This document shows positions 17,334-26,426 of a stretch of 41,343 bases of DNA, piece by piece. Source of the DNA: Flavobacteriales bacterium (GTDB lineage Bacteria; Bacteroidota; Bacteroidia; Flavobacteriales; Flavobacteriaceae). Every line of letters starts with the position of its first letter. The first letter of the stretch is position 1. Both the position numbers and the translations under genes were made by a program. The notes under the pieces were generated by a model, which was given only the letters and a program-made list of their open reading frames with translations, was not told where the DNA came from and ran no database searches. Location of the stretch: assembly GCA_038259855.1 (NCBI GenBank), contig JBBSOJ010000001.1:1-41343 (forward strand). Direction: 5' to 3'.

Positions 17334-18293
17334 ATGAGCGGTTTAAGTAAACTTGAGATACCAGATGGCGTTATCGAATCAAAACAGTTTTTCAGCGGTT
17401 TAATAGAACGGCGTAAACTGAATCATAAATTTGAATATTATAAATTTGATGTTGTATGCACCGAAAATTTTTTAATTAATTTCCAGGACACTACAGATGC
17501 TGCGTTTTATTTATGTGTCAATCTATCAGAAAATAATGCGTTGGAATTAAATTTTTCAAAAGGCTCTGATGAAAGTATTGTCATCCCATCCTATACAAGT
17601 TTTTTGATGCCTTTTGAGAGTGAGGGATGTTTGATCTTTTCGGACGCTGCTAACAAGGATTATAATTTTGTTCTTTTAAAAATTTTCAAGAAATTTTTAG
17701 CGAAAGAAGAATTATGTGTACTGGAGGCGATTTATACGGAAAAGATGTCCAAAGATATTTCCGAACTTGGCTCGCATTTAATTCCCAATCTTTCTCTTTG
17801 TAAAATAGCGCGCAAATTGAACAATCTAACCAAAGATTCTTGCGAAAATAAATTTATCGCTGCTGGCTATTGTAATATTATTATAGGACTCAAGTTGGTT
17901 GAATTAAATGAAACTTCAAAAGTACATAAATTAGGTTTTTTACAGTCTAGAGAAATCAATGAACTCGAACTATTGACAGATAAAATCAAGAGAAATCCTG
18001 AAGTACAGTATAGTATTGATTCCATTTGTAGAGAAACAGGGATTTCTGTTTCGAAATTACAAGCAGGTTTTAAAGAAATGCATAATTGTACAGTGGCCAT
18101 TTTTATTAGAAATGTGCGTTTGGAAAAAGCCTTGGAGTTATTTAATTCAACGGATTTAAATGTGTACCAAATTGTGTATTCGGTTGGTTTCAATAGCCGA
18201 AGTTATTTTAGTCGGATTTTCAAGGAACGATTTAAATGTTCTCCAAAATTATATCAAAAAAAACTTAAGAACGTCCTGTTAAATGATTCATGA
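17334..18293 (+). CDS. AraC-family transcriptional regulator
   Basis: C-terminal double HTH: GISVSKLQAGFK, RLEKA, VGFNSRSYFSRIFKERF. Confidence 0.93.
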   Translation: MSGLSKLEIPDGVIESKQFFSGLIERRKLNHKFEYYKFDVVCTENFLINFQDTTDAAFYLCVNLSENNALELNFSKGSDESIVIPSYTSFLMPFESEGCLIFSDAANKDYNFVLLKIFKKFLAKEELCVLEAIYTEKMSKDISELGSHLIPNLSLCKIARKLNNLTKDSCENKFIAAGYCNIIIGLKLVELNETSKVHKLGFLQSREINELELLTDKIKRNPEVQYSIDSICRETGISVSKLQAGFKEMHNCTVAIFIRNVRLEKALELFNSTDLNVYQIVYSVGFNSRSYFSRIFKERFKCSPKLYQKKLKNVLLNDS

Positions 18294-19328
18294 ATTTCTC
18301 TTTGCGTTTTTTCTTTCATGAAATTTTTTCCTAAAATGGGTGGGTGTCACATGATAGACTTCTTTAAATAATTGTGAGAAATAGCTATGGCTTTTAAAAC
18401 CAACCTTAAATTTTATTTCTTGGATATTTTCATCCGTATTTATCAATAAATCTTTGGCGAGTGTTAATCTAAGGTATTGAATGTACTCATTGGCGGTTTT
18501 GTTATGCAATATCTTAAATCCGTTCTGAAATTTTTCACTATTTAGTCCGACCCTTTTGGCAATGGAAGTTACAGAACCTAACGATTCCAGCTCATCCTTT
18601 ATAATTTCGATGGCTTCCAACATGGCGGACAAGTCAGCTTTCCCTAATACTTTGGTGTCAATCTCTTCACCTTGGTCATCATCGAACTGAATTAATTGTT
18701 GCGTGAGCATGCGATAAGATTGTGTTTCAGAAAAAATTTTACCAATTAAATGTTTATGTTTTTGTAATTTTGTTTCATTAAATATTTCAGCCAATGTCAG
18801 CGTATAATAACCGTTGTAATAGAATGAATTTTCACCATTTTCATCTTTAAAAATACTTTGTAGATTTGGGCTGGCTTTCCCCAGATCACAGGCTATTTTT
18901 GTCTTGAATATTTTCCGATTTATTTCAAGACTATATATTTCAGTGCGAACGTTACTTTTAAAGAATAAGATATGTCCATCATGATTTGGACTTGCAACTA
19001 TAATATTTTGAAATTGTTCTAACTCATGTACTTCTGGTTGCTTTTCGAATTGGTGCCTCAATGATCCTTCTAAACAATACAAAAATTTTAAAGGATGGAC
19101 CTTATCTATTGTGAACCTTATTTCGACATCTTCATAAAATTCGCAATCGTAAATTAGAAGGCCAATGCCACCGTCAAAATTAATGCCCACAATTTTACCA
19201 CGCCCACAGTCATCTGGGATTTCTAAAGTATATTCATCACAATTATTTGTGTAACTTGCTTTTAATTTATTGGCTAAATCTTTAATGACATCCTTTAGAG
19301 GTAGCGAATGCACTTCCAGTTTTTTCAT
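18288..19328 (-). CDS. AraC-family transcriptional regulator
   Basis: VGLNSEKFQNGFK and VGFKSHSYFSQLFKEVY; N-terminal HPLKFLYC and FQNII motifs. Confidence 0.95.
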   Translation of the reverse strand: MKKLEVHSLPLKDVIKDLANKLKASYTNNCDEYTLEIPDDCGRGKIVGINFDGGIGLLIYDCEFYEDVEIRFTIDKVHPLKFLYCLEGSLRHQFEKQPEVHELEQFQNIIVASPNHDGHILFFKSNVRTEIYSLEINRKIFKTKIACDLGKASPNLQSIFKDENGENSFYYNGYYTLTLAEIFNETKLQKHKHLIGKIFSETQSYRMLTQQLIQFDDDQGEEIDTKVLGKADLSAMLEAIEIIKDELESLGSVTSIAKRVGLNSEKFQNGFKILHNKTANEYIQYLRLTLAKDLLINTDENIQEIKFKVGFKSHSYFSQLFKEVYHVTPTHFRKKFHERKNAKRNS

Positions 19329-19462
19329 TGATTGATTTTTTATGAAGGTATGACATTTATGAGGACATCAGCGTTATTTGTATATCTATTTGATATAACA
19401 TGCCAGTGTAAATGATTAATTATCAAATAAATATGATCTTCATAAATTTTCTGAACTCTAAT

Positions 19463-19519
19463 AACGATATTTAAAAATGCAAAATCGATAATCAAAATCT
19501 CTCTTTTATATGTTCTTTG
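19463..19519 (+). promoter_or_regulatory. Tandem 9-bp sites at 21-bp period followed by a degenerate -7 element
   Basis: AACGATATT (19463), ATCGATAAT (19484), GTTCTTTG (19512). Confidence 0.5.
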
Positions 19520-19538
19520 TGACGACAACCTTCCATAA

Positions 19539-20570
19539 ATGACTAAAAAAACCATTACTATTACTACAGCTATCGGACCTGATAATGCAAAGCGTCTTGC
19601 AATGAATCTCGATGCAGATTTCAATTCTAATTATAATGGAAGTCATATTTCATTTAATAATAAGCATGGAAGGGGTATTATAACATTTACATTCTTAAAC
19701 GAGGGTGTCTCTTTAATGTTTATGGAAGTGAACTTTAGATGCAATACTATATTCAAAGTCCATTTTGAAGAGAATGTCCCCATTGATTTTATGTTTCTAA
19801 CTTCTGGAACAATGAGTTTCAAGATTGAAGACACTTCTATTGGAACCATTGAACGGTTTCAAAACGTTATCATCCGTTACAAAGAAAATGCTGCGGCCAT
19901 TTTTGAAATGAAATGTGACGAAAAAATTCAATTATGTTTAATACAATTATGTCCTGAAAAATATATCAAAAACAATACTAAAAGACTCGACGGTCTTCCG
20001 CAAGATATAAAGGATGTTTTTTCTCAAAGTAGCTCTTCACGCATGTTTTATCATCTGGGCAACTATAACCTGAAGATATCAGATTATATAAAACAGTTGA
20101 AGGAGACAAATACAAAAGGGCTAATTAAAGATTTGACAATAACTGGAATTGTTAATTTGATATTGAGTGCGCAATTGACAGAATACATTAATCATGAACA
20201 GAGTTTAAGTTTGCCAGAATCATTGACAACTACAGATGTTGAGAAAATACATGTAGCAGTTGAATATTTACATGGCCATTTACATCAAAGGATTTCGGTT
20301 AACAGTCTTGCATATCATGTCAATTTAACACCTGTAAAATTGCAAATTGGTTTTAAAATGGTATATAAAAAGTCTGTCAACAATTATACCAAAGAAATGA
20401 AATTGCAGGCAGCTTATAATTATTTTAGTAATTCCAATCTCAACGTGTCGCAGGTGGTTTATAAAGTGGGCTATACCAGTCGAAGTTATTTCACACAGAT
20501 ATTTAGCGAACGTTTTGGTATGCTACCAAGCGAATTTATTAAAGGTCTGAAAAAATCGAACTTAAATTAG
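19539..20570 (+). CDS. AraC-family transcriptional regulator
   Basis: KLQIGFK and VGYTSRSYFTQIFSERFG; N-terminal FQNVI and GNYNLKI motifs. Confidence 0.95.
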   Translation: MTKKTITITTAIGPDNAKRLAMNLDADFNSNYNGSHISFNNKHGRGIITFTFLNEGVSLMFMEVNFRCNTIFKVHFEENVPIDFMFLTSGTMSFKIEDTSIGTIERFQNVIIRYKENAAAIFEMKCDEKIQLCLIQLCPEKYIKNNTKRLDGLPQDIKDVFSQSSSSRMFYHLGNYNLKISDYIKQLKETNTKGLIKDLTITGIVNLILSAQLTEYINHEQSLSLPESLTTTDVEKIHVAVEYLHGHLHQRISVNSLAYHVNLTPVKLQIGFKMVYKKSVNNYTKEMKLQAAYNYFSNSNLNVSQVVYKVGYTSRSYFTQIFSERFGMLPSEFIKGLKKSNLN

Positions 20571-20577
20571 TAAAATT

Positions 20578-21210
20578 TTACTCCTTGTAAAGTTCTCTTG
20601 ATACAGGAAATTGCATAAAATTTTGAGCATCTATCTTTAACTCTAGATTTTGAAGATCCGAAATTGTGATATTGTTGGTTAAATAGTCTTTGTAAGAGTC
20701 TTGTTTTATAATTATTGGTGTAGGTTGATTGATAATATTGGTGCTTTTGTCTTCACGTGTTAAAATTCCAAACGAATGAAAACCATCATCAAGGATGGTG
20801 TATATACCTGCGAAACAAAAAACTTCATTATGAAACATGGTTGTATGATAGGGGCGCATTTTAAAATTTTCAATTTTAGACAGGTAATAACCAGTGGATA
20901 TTACAAGACATTTTCTTGTATGGAATGACTCCATCAACCAAGGTGTCAACTCTAAAGAATCGACATCAACGTTCAGTGTGTTTTTTTCAGACTGAAAATC
21001 TTTCCATCCATTTTCATAACCCATTGGCAAAATTCCCCATATTCCAAAATTGATACTGTTCATAGACTCTGAAGTTACGATGCAAACAGAGGTCTCTTTG
21101 ATACCGTTTATCAATACTGAAGGACTATACAAATGCGGAAATGTGAAAGCAGCATTCAGTTTGGCTTCTACACCTTCTCTTGAAGCGACATTTGATATTT
21201 TTGATAACAT
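20578..21210 (-). CDS. SRAP (YedK/HMCES) family homologue with substituted catalytic residues
   Basis: WGILP, RKCLVISTGYY, FCFAGIY, F.ILT and P.II give the SRAP scaffold, but there is no Cys2. Confidence 0.82.
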   Translation of the reverse strand: MLSKISNVASREGVEAKLNAAFTFPHLYSPSVLINGIKETSVCIVTSESMNSINFGIWGILPMGYENGWKDFQSEKNTLNVDVDSLELTPWLMESFHTRKCLVISTGYYLSKIENFKMRPYHTTMFHNEVFCFAGIYTILDDGFHSFGILTREDKSTNIINQPTPIIIKQDSYKDYLTNNITISDLQNLELKIDAQNFMQFPVSRELYKE

Positions 21211-21546
21211 ACGTATTTGATTTTAGATAACTAATAAAGTGATTTCCTGTAATATATTTTAGCACAAAAAAAAATGTTTTTGACTTCAAAATATAATAAA
21301 TACGAAAAAATTAAAGCGGCAGTTTTAACCATTTCATAATTTTTTTAGGACTATTTTTTTGATGGATAATGAACTTTCTAATATCTATTTCTAGATAAAT
21401 TTGAAATTCCGAATGAATAGGTAAAACCTGCGGTAATTAAATGAAATTGAATCTGATTTCGGTTAACACTTTTGAAGCTCTGGGGATCAGACCCTATCCA
21501 GTTATAGGCTTTAGTTATATACTCAATATAGTCAAACTATAGAATT

Positions 21547-21702
21547 ATGAATGATAATAAAAAAAGAAACAAAGCTTCTGAATTTGACCCAGAAGGGAAC
21601 AAGGAAGTTGACAAAGGTCCTCTAAAATCAGAGCATATCAATCAATATGGGGAAAAAGATGATAGGAATCGGAACATGTCAAAGCGCGTGGATGAAAAAT
21701 AG
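21547..21702 (+). CDS. Small hydrophilic protein (51 aa, not in the ORF track)
   Basis: MNDNKKRNKASEFDPEGNKEVDKGPLKSEHINQYGEKDDRNRNMSKRVDEK; ends 9 nt before the next ATG. Confidence 0.65.
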   Translation: MNDNKKRNKASEFDPEGNKEVDKGPLKSEHINQYGEKDDRNRNMSKRVDEK

Positions 21703-21711
21703 AAATTTTAT

Positions 21712-22260
21712 ATGAAACGATTTTTAACGCAAAATAAAAACGCCATTTTCGGCGGAATGGCGACTATGGTATTTGTGGGTCTTGGTGCTTTGTTACTGGG
21801 AAATATTTCGGGATATGAGGCAAGAGAGCTGATTTCGAGTTCACTTCCTGGATTAAATATGCTTTGCAATACCATTGTATTGGCATCTGCAACCATATTG
21901 GCTTTACTGCTTACTTTATTGGGAATTAGTTCTGGCACCCAATCTAAGATTAAGAGTGAATATTATAAATCAGTACTTAATATTGCAAAATTTGATACGA
22001 TACTTTTTATCAGCGCATTGGTTTTGTTCCAATTGTTCAACATACCAATTACCGAATCTGATGCCGTCCCTACGGCTTGGTATGCAATTATCTATTGGAT
22101 TTCTTTGGGAACTTCTTCTATTTTGAGTGGTTTTATGGTGACGGTAATTCTACTTTTGTATACTACGGTAGACAATATCATTTCGATTATAGGTATGCAT
22201 ATAGATGACCATCCCCTTATTGACCAAGCGGATATAAAGGATGACGAGAAAGTTGAATGA
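21712..22260 (+). CDS. Hypothetical membrane protein
   Basis: Four hydrophobic helices (ASATILALLLTLL, FNIPITES) and an acidic tail. Confidence 0.85.
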   Translation: MKRFLTQNKNAIFGGMATMVFVGLGALLLGNISGYEARELISSSLPGLNMLCNTIVLASATILALLLTLLGISSGTQSKIKSEYYKSVLNIAKFDTILFISALVLFQLFNIPITESDAVPTAWYAIIYWISLGTSSILSGFMVTVILLLYTTVDNIISIIGMHIDDHPLIDQADIKDDEKVE

Positions 22261-22368
22261 GGTTTAGATTGAATCGATAGCTTGTCAAATCAGTTAATTT
22301 ATACTGTTTTTGAATCACATTAAATAATTTGAATACTTTATTTTTAAGAAACTTAAAATTATAATATT

Positions 22369-22509
22369 ATGAGCACGAACAACGATCAACAAAAGGAAAC
22401 CGACAGAAAAGAATCCAGTACAAAGCATCCAAGAGGAAGCAAAAAAGTCCATAGCGAAAAAGACGACTCGACGGAAGATGGTTACAAGCCAAACAAATCA
22501 AGTAAATAA
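22369..22509 (+). CDS. Small hydrophilic protein (46 aa, not in the ORF track)
   Basis: MSTNNDQQKETDRKESSTKHPRGSKKVHSEKDDSTEDGYKPNKSSK, with an A-rich leader and a terminator immediately after. Confidence 0.7.
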   Translation: MSTNNDQQKETDRKESSTKHPRGSKKVHSEKDDSTEDGYKPNKSSK

Positions 22510-22515
22510 TAAATT

Positions 22516-22554
22516 AAAAAACCTCAAACAGTTAAATTAGTTTGAGGTTTTTTA
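22516..22554. terminator. Bidirectional rho-independent terminator
   Basis: AAAAAACCTCAAAC...GTTTGAGGTTTTTT between convergent genes. Confidence 0.8.
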
Positions 22555-22618
22555 AAACGTTTTTTTTGAAAAGACATTATTAAAGTGAAAACTTTCTTTT
22601 TAAATATTCAACTCGATA

Positions 22619-22741
22619 TTATTTGCTCTTTTTCATTAATTTCATAGCAATATATACAAACTGAATTCCTGTCAAAACCAACTTGGTTTTTTTCTTTTTT
22701 ACAATTACTGTTGCAGCACTTAGTATTAGGGTAGGTAGCAT
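22619..22741 (-). CDS. Small basic/hydrophobic protein (40 aa, not in the ORF track)
   Basis: MLPTLILSAATVIVKKKKTKLVLTGIQFVYIAMKLMKKSK; starts 20 nt after the HPF stop codon. Confidence 0.55.
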   Translation of the reverse strand: MLPTLILSAATVIVKKKKTKLVLTGIQFVYIAMKLMKKSK

Positions 22742-22761
22742 AAATTGATGTATTTTAATAG

Positions 22762-23064
22762 TTAATAATTTTTCATCATTTCTTTGCGCTTTCTTAACTG
22801 CCGCTCCAATTCATTAATAGTTTCGGACACAGCATCCGTAAAACTATCATGAGATGATTCTGCAAACAATCGTGGTCCTGGAAGACTCAATCGAATGCTA
22901 CATATTTTTCCGGTATCATCAGATGATGTATTTTCCAGCTTAAAAAAAACATCGGCACGTATGACCATGTCATTCTTTTCGCCCAAAGTATTCAATTTTT
23001 CTGTAGTAAACGTCTCAAGTGTTTCACTTGCTGTAACGTCATGATATTCAAAAATGATTTGCAT
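22762..23064 (-). CDS. hpf: Ribosome hibernation promoting factor (HPF/RaiA family), 100 aa; start corrected to 23064
   Basis: MQIIFEY..., RADVFFKLEN, IRLSLPGPRLFAES and ELERQLRKRK motifs. Confidence 0.88.
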   Translation of the reverse strand: MQIIFEYHDVTASETLETFTTEKLNTLGEKNDMVIRADVFFKLENTSSDDTGKICSIRLSLPGPRLFAESSHDSFTDAVSETINELERQLRKRKEMMKNY

Positions 23065-23077
23065 ACTATTTAAGTTT

Positions 23078-23482
23078 TTAGTTGTTGTTATGAAAATTAA
23101 CCATCCAGTTGATTCCAAATTTGTCTGTACATCTTCCGAAATATCCCCATTCACGTTCTCGAAAGTTATGATGTACTTGCCCACCTTTTGATAAGGCATC
23201 AAAAAGTTCACGCGCATTATCTTGAGAATCTGCATCAACACTCATGTGTATTTGATTGCCATGGTTTATGGGCGTATCAGGAGACGCATCGTACGCCATA
23301 AAATGCACACCTTTTCCTTTTAATTCGGCATGTTGAAGTTTCTGTCTGTAGGACGATGGTACATCAATTTCCTTGTCTTCATAGGTTTCTCTATTTTTAA
23401 TATCTGCATCAAATAAGTCGCCGTAAAAATTAAGCGCTTCTTGACAATTGCCGTTAAATGCTAAATATGCTTGTATTTTCAT
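23078..23482 (-). CDS. VOC / PhnB-like protein
   Basis: YLAFNGNCQEALNFY, HAEL and WG.FG...DKFGINWMV motifs. Confidence 0.92.
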   Translation of the reverse strand: MKIQAYLAFNGNCQEALNFYGDLFDADIKNRETYEDKEIDVPSSYRQKLQHAELKGKGVHFMAYDASPDTPINHGNQIHMSVDADSQDNARELFDALSKGGQVHHNFREREWGYFGRCTDKFGINWMVNFHNNN

Positions 23483-23597
23483 TGTATTAGGTTTTTATAA
23501 TTTTAATTATTGTTTGCTGTATTGAATATTGTCATCATTGGTAAAAATTTTATAGAAAAAAATGACCTGTTACAGGGCATTCTCAAATAATTAAAGA

Positions 23598-24047
23598 TTA
23601 TTTAAAATCTTCCATTCCCCTCACTTGACTCAAATCGTTTTGAATCTTGCTTTTTTGTTGTCTTAAGATTGTTGCAATACTCGGTGGGAGGGTAGTGTCA
23701 GCCAGAACTTCTTCATATTCTTCCACAGATGCCTTTTCGCCGCGTATAGCTTCCTCCAACATTGATTCGTCATTATCAGCAGAGAAAAATCCTTTGACAT
23801 CCATCCAAGCTCTGTGGATGGTTCCTGTAAAACTACCATTGTCATTAATATCGTCGTAATTCACTACCAATTCCCTTTTTAAGTCAGAATAGAACGTCTT
23901 TCTATCATTGGCCTTATTCTGAAAAAATGTTTTAAGACTATTGTTATCGGCATTGTCAGCTGCATTACGGTAGCCTTTTTCTGCGTCTTTATTCTTTTCC
24001 AAGATTTCTTCTAATTGGTCTGATAATTTTTCGTGTCTAGTATTCAT
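23598..24047 (-). CDS. PA2169 family (DUF2383) four-helix-bundle protein
   Basis: EKNKDAEKGY, GTIHRAWMDVK and EEAIRGE motifs. Confidence 0.93.
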   Translation of the reverse strand: MNTRHEKLSDQLEEILEKNKDAEKGYRNAADNADNNSLKTFFQNKANDRKTFYSDLKRELVVNYDDINDNGSFTGTIHRAWMDVKGFFSADNDESMLEEAIRGEKASVEEYEEVLADTTLPPSIATILRQQKSKIQNDLSQVRGMEDFK

Positions 24048-24232
24048 GGTTTTTTTAATTTATGATTAGTCAACAATATATTTTTTTGAATACATAACAT
24101 TGAACTCTAAACACTATTTTTAGGTAACTAAAAATGAAACCTCTCCGATGAAATCAGTATTACTCAATTACTTGATTAGAACAAATGTTTTTCTGATAAA
24201 TGACTGAATTTATCATGGTTATTTGAATAAAA

Positions 24233-24658
24233 TTACGCTGGATTATTCTTAAACCAATCACGATACATTCCAAATTGGTCTTCATTAAGAACCGCATTCA
24301 AAACAGAATTGTGCTCATCAATTTGTTGTTGTTCACCCATGTTATAATTTGCGTTTTTATTTTGCCATGTGTCCATGACAGTTTTATAGTCGCGTTCATA
24401 TTTGCGTTTTTGTTCATCTGTCATTCCTAAATCTTTATACATCTTTTGAGTTCGTGCATCAGAATAGTCCGTAATATGTTTTGTTTTGCCATTTTGATTA
24501 CGACTCCTATTTGAGTTTGATTTTTGAGGATCACTTTGTTTAGATGACTTTAATGATTGACTTGAATTTGGATTAGTTTTACCTTTTAAATTGAGAGCAA
24601 CATAGGCGACTGCCGAAGAAAGTCCAACGAAGGTTAAAAGTTTTGTTAGTTTATTCAT
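24233..24658 (-). CDS. Hypothetical protein with N-terminal anchor and low-complexity linker
   Basis: 141-aa ORF: hydrophobic N-terminus, S/N/Q-rich linker, then MY.DL.MT..Q...Y and L..VL..DQ...YRDW. Confidence 0.8.
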   Translation of the reverse strand: MNKLTKLLTFVGLSSAVAYVALNLKGKTNPNSSQSLKSSKQSDPQKSNSNRSRNQNGKTKHITDYSDARTQKMYKDLGMTDEQKRKYERDYKTVMDTWQNKNANYNMGEQQQIDEHNSVLNAVLNEDQFGMYRDWFKNNPA

Positions 24659-25019
24659 GATTTTAAGTTTTTTAATTTATAAATCTAAAATTAACCATTG
24701 TATGACTAATTAATTAACTATAAAAGTTTAAAAATTTGCTCTATCTATAAATAATCGGTGGATAGTATACCTACGAGGAAAGCTCATCTTTATTAGAAAA
24801 TGACAAACATCTAATTTGCTTCTTGAATTGATCGGAATCGAAATCAAGATTTAAAATGTTTGTTTTTTTTGATTAAAGTATTCGAAACGATTTTCAAAAT
24901 AAGGGATTTTTCAAGTGCGTATTGTATAGGAAAATCCATTTAGAAAAAGGACGAGAAGGTTTGAATGATTTAAAGGCTACAAGGATATTTTTGAAATATT
25001 CTACATTTTGGTGGCATAT

Positions 25020-25760
25020 TTATTCTTTTGAAAGTTTCCAACTTTTTGTTTGAGGGATTGTATTCTTTAGAGCAGTCTCAAAATTTTTTGAAGATTTGAA
25101 TTGTGTGTCCTTTAAAATACGTTCTTCAACAGATAACTCAAACTGATTCTTTTCAAAAATCCAAGGAGATACTAGTAGTGTATTATCATCCGACTTCTTT
25201 ATAAAATAAATATCATTATTGATAGAGGTGTTGATTTCCAATTTACGATTACTCTCTGGAGTTTCATCTTTACACAATATCAATGATAAACGGTCGCAGA
25301 ATCTTAAAAATTCATAATACGATTTAGCTTTAGTTTCGGTAATCTTAAAATGTTTTAACAGCGCATGACGTTCTTGTTCCTCCTTTTTAAAAAAATTGGT
25401 AATGTTCTTGCTCTTATCTTTCATGTGGCTATAAATGAATTCATTATGATATGAGATTAGTAGTCTTACCCATAAGGATTTATGTTCTGCAGATTTCAGA
25501 ACGCGTTGCATTCGCTTTAAAACTTCACTGACTGTATATTGTTCTTCGGTAAAGTCCAGAGGCACGCCTATGTCGGATAAATAGTCCTTTTCGTCAAAAT
25601 TCAGTTGTCTGTCATCATGCTCACATACGGCAATCAAAGTTTCAAACCAATGGATTGGTCTGTGTTTTTCAGCAATCTGGTTGGCTATTTTTCCTGCCAA
25701 TAATCCATGTGCTTCGTGCAGAATTATTTGCAGCCCTTCTAAAGATGTATTTACAATCAT
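25020..25760 (-). CDS. DUF3891 family protein
   Basis: AHGLLAG, EHDD, G.PLDF and FCDRLSLILC motifs. Confidence 0.85.
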   Translation of the reverse strand: MIVNTSLEGLQIILHEAHGLLAGKIANQIAEKHRPIHWFETLIAVCEHDDRQLNFDEKDYLSDIGVPLDFTEEQYTVSEVLKRMQRVLKSAEHKSLWVRLLISYHNEFIYSHMKDKSKNITNFFKKEEQERHALLKHFKITETKAKSYYEFLRFCDRLSLILCKDETPESNRKLEINTSINNDIYFIKKSDDNTLLVSPWIFEKNQFELSVEERILKDTQFKSSKNFETALKNTIPQTKSWKLSKE

Positions 25761-25784
25761 GTAGATAATATAATATATTTAAGT

Positions 25785-26399
25785 TTAAGGTTCAAGTAAC
25801 GCTTTCGTTAATCCAAGCCAGTTCATACTACCCAAACCCACTTTGCTTCCAAGATTAATCCCCATATTTCGAATACTGTCAATTAGCGGTGCTTCCGAAA
25901 TATTGACAATTTCGTTTCTCCCATGTGCTTCTGCATAGACACAGTTCCCAATTCGCCTGATGATTAAAGTATTCGAGGCGTTATGCTTATAAAAGTGGGC
26001 AGTAATTTCTTTATCAGCGTTTGGAGGACTACAGGGTTTTATAGTCAATGCAAAAAATGGGACATCGATAGTTTCATCGTCTTGAATATCAATGATTCTG
26101 GTCCAGTCGTAACCTTTGCCACTAATAGTTCCAGGACCTGGGATTTCTATTCGAATTAAATTTTCTTTAGTGAGTGCATTTGTTTCCAATTCAGTTTCTG
26201 AATGAATCAAAGTAAATTTAGCCTTGACCTTATCGGAATAGGAGTACCACAAATTCACACTTTTAAGACGTTCAACTGTTTCGTTGTATAGAAAAGCTGC
26301 CGAGTCAATAGAGTTTGTGCAAACCATACTGACAACATCATGCGAATCCCCTTTAATTTGTTCAGGAATTATTGGGAGTTTTAGAGTCTTATGTGTCAT
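25785..26399 (-). CDS. Conserved hypothetical protein
   Basis: 204-aa ORF with RIEIPGPG..G.GYDW, TAHFY and HGRNE motifs; in an operon with its neighbours. Confidence 0.8.
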   Translation of the reverse strand: MTHKTLKLPIIPEQIKGDSHDVVSMVCTNSIDSAAFLYNETVERLKSVNLWYSYSDKVKAKFTLIHSETELETNALTKENLIRIEIPGPGTISGKGYDWTRIIDIQDDETIDVPFFALTIKPCSPPNADKEITAHFYKHNASNTLIIRRIGNCVYAEAHGRNEIVNISEAPLIDSIRNMGINLGSKVGLGSMNWLGLTKALLEP

Positions 26400-26426
26400 G
26401 ATACTTTTGGGTTATTTTTTAATTTC

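Noticed and set aside
23065-23241. N-terminal extension of HPF in the ORF track (159 aa)
   Set aside because: It overlaps the VOC gene; HPF homology begins at MQIIFEY (23064).
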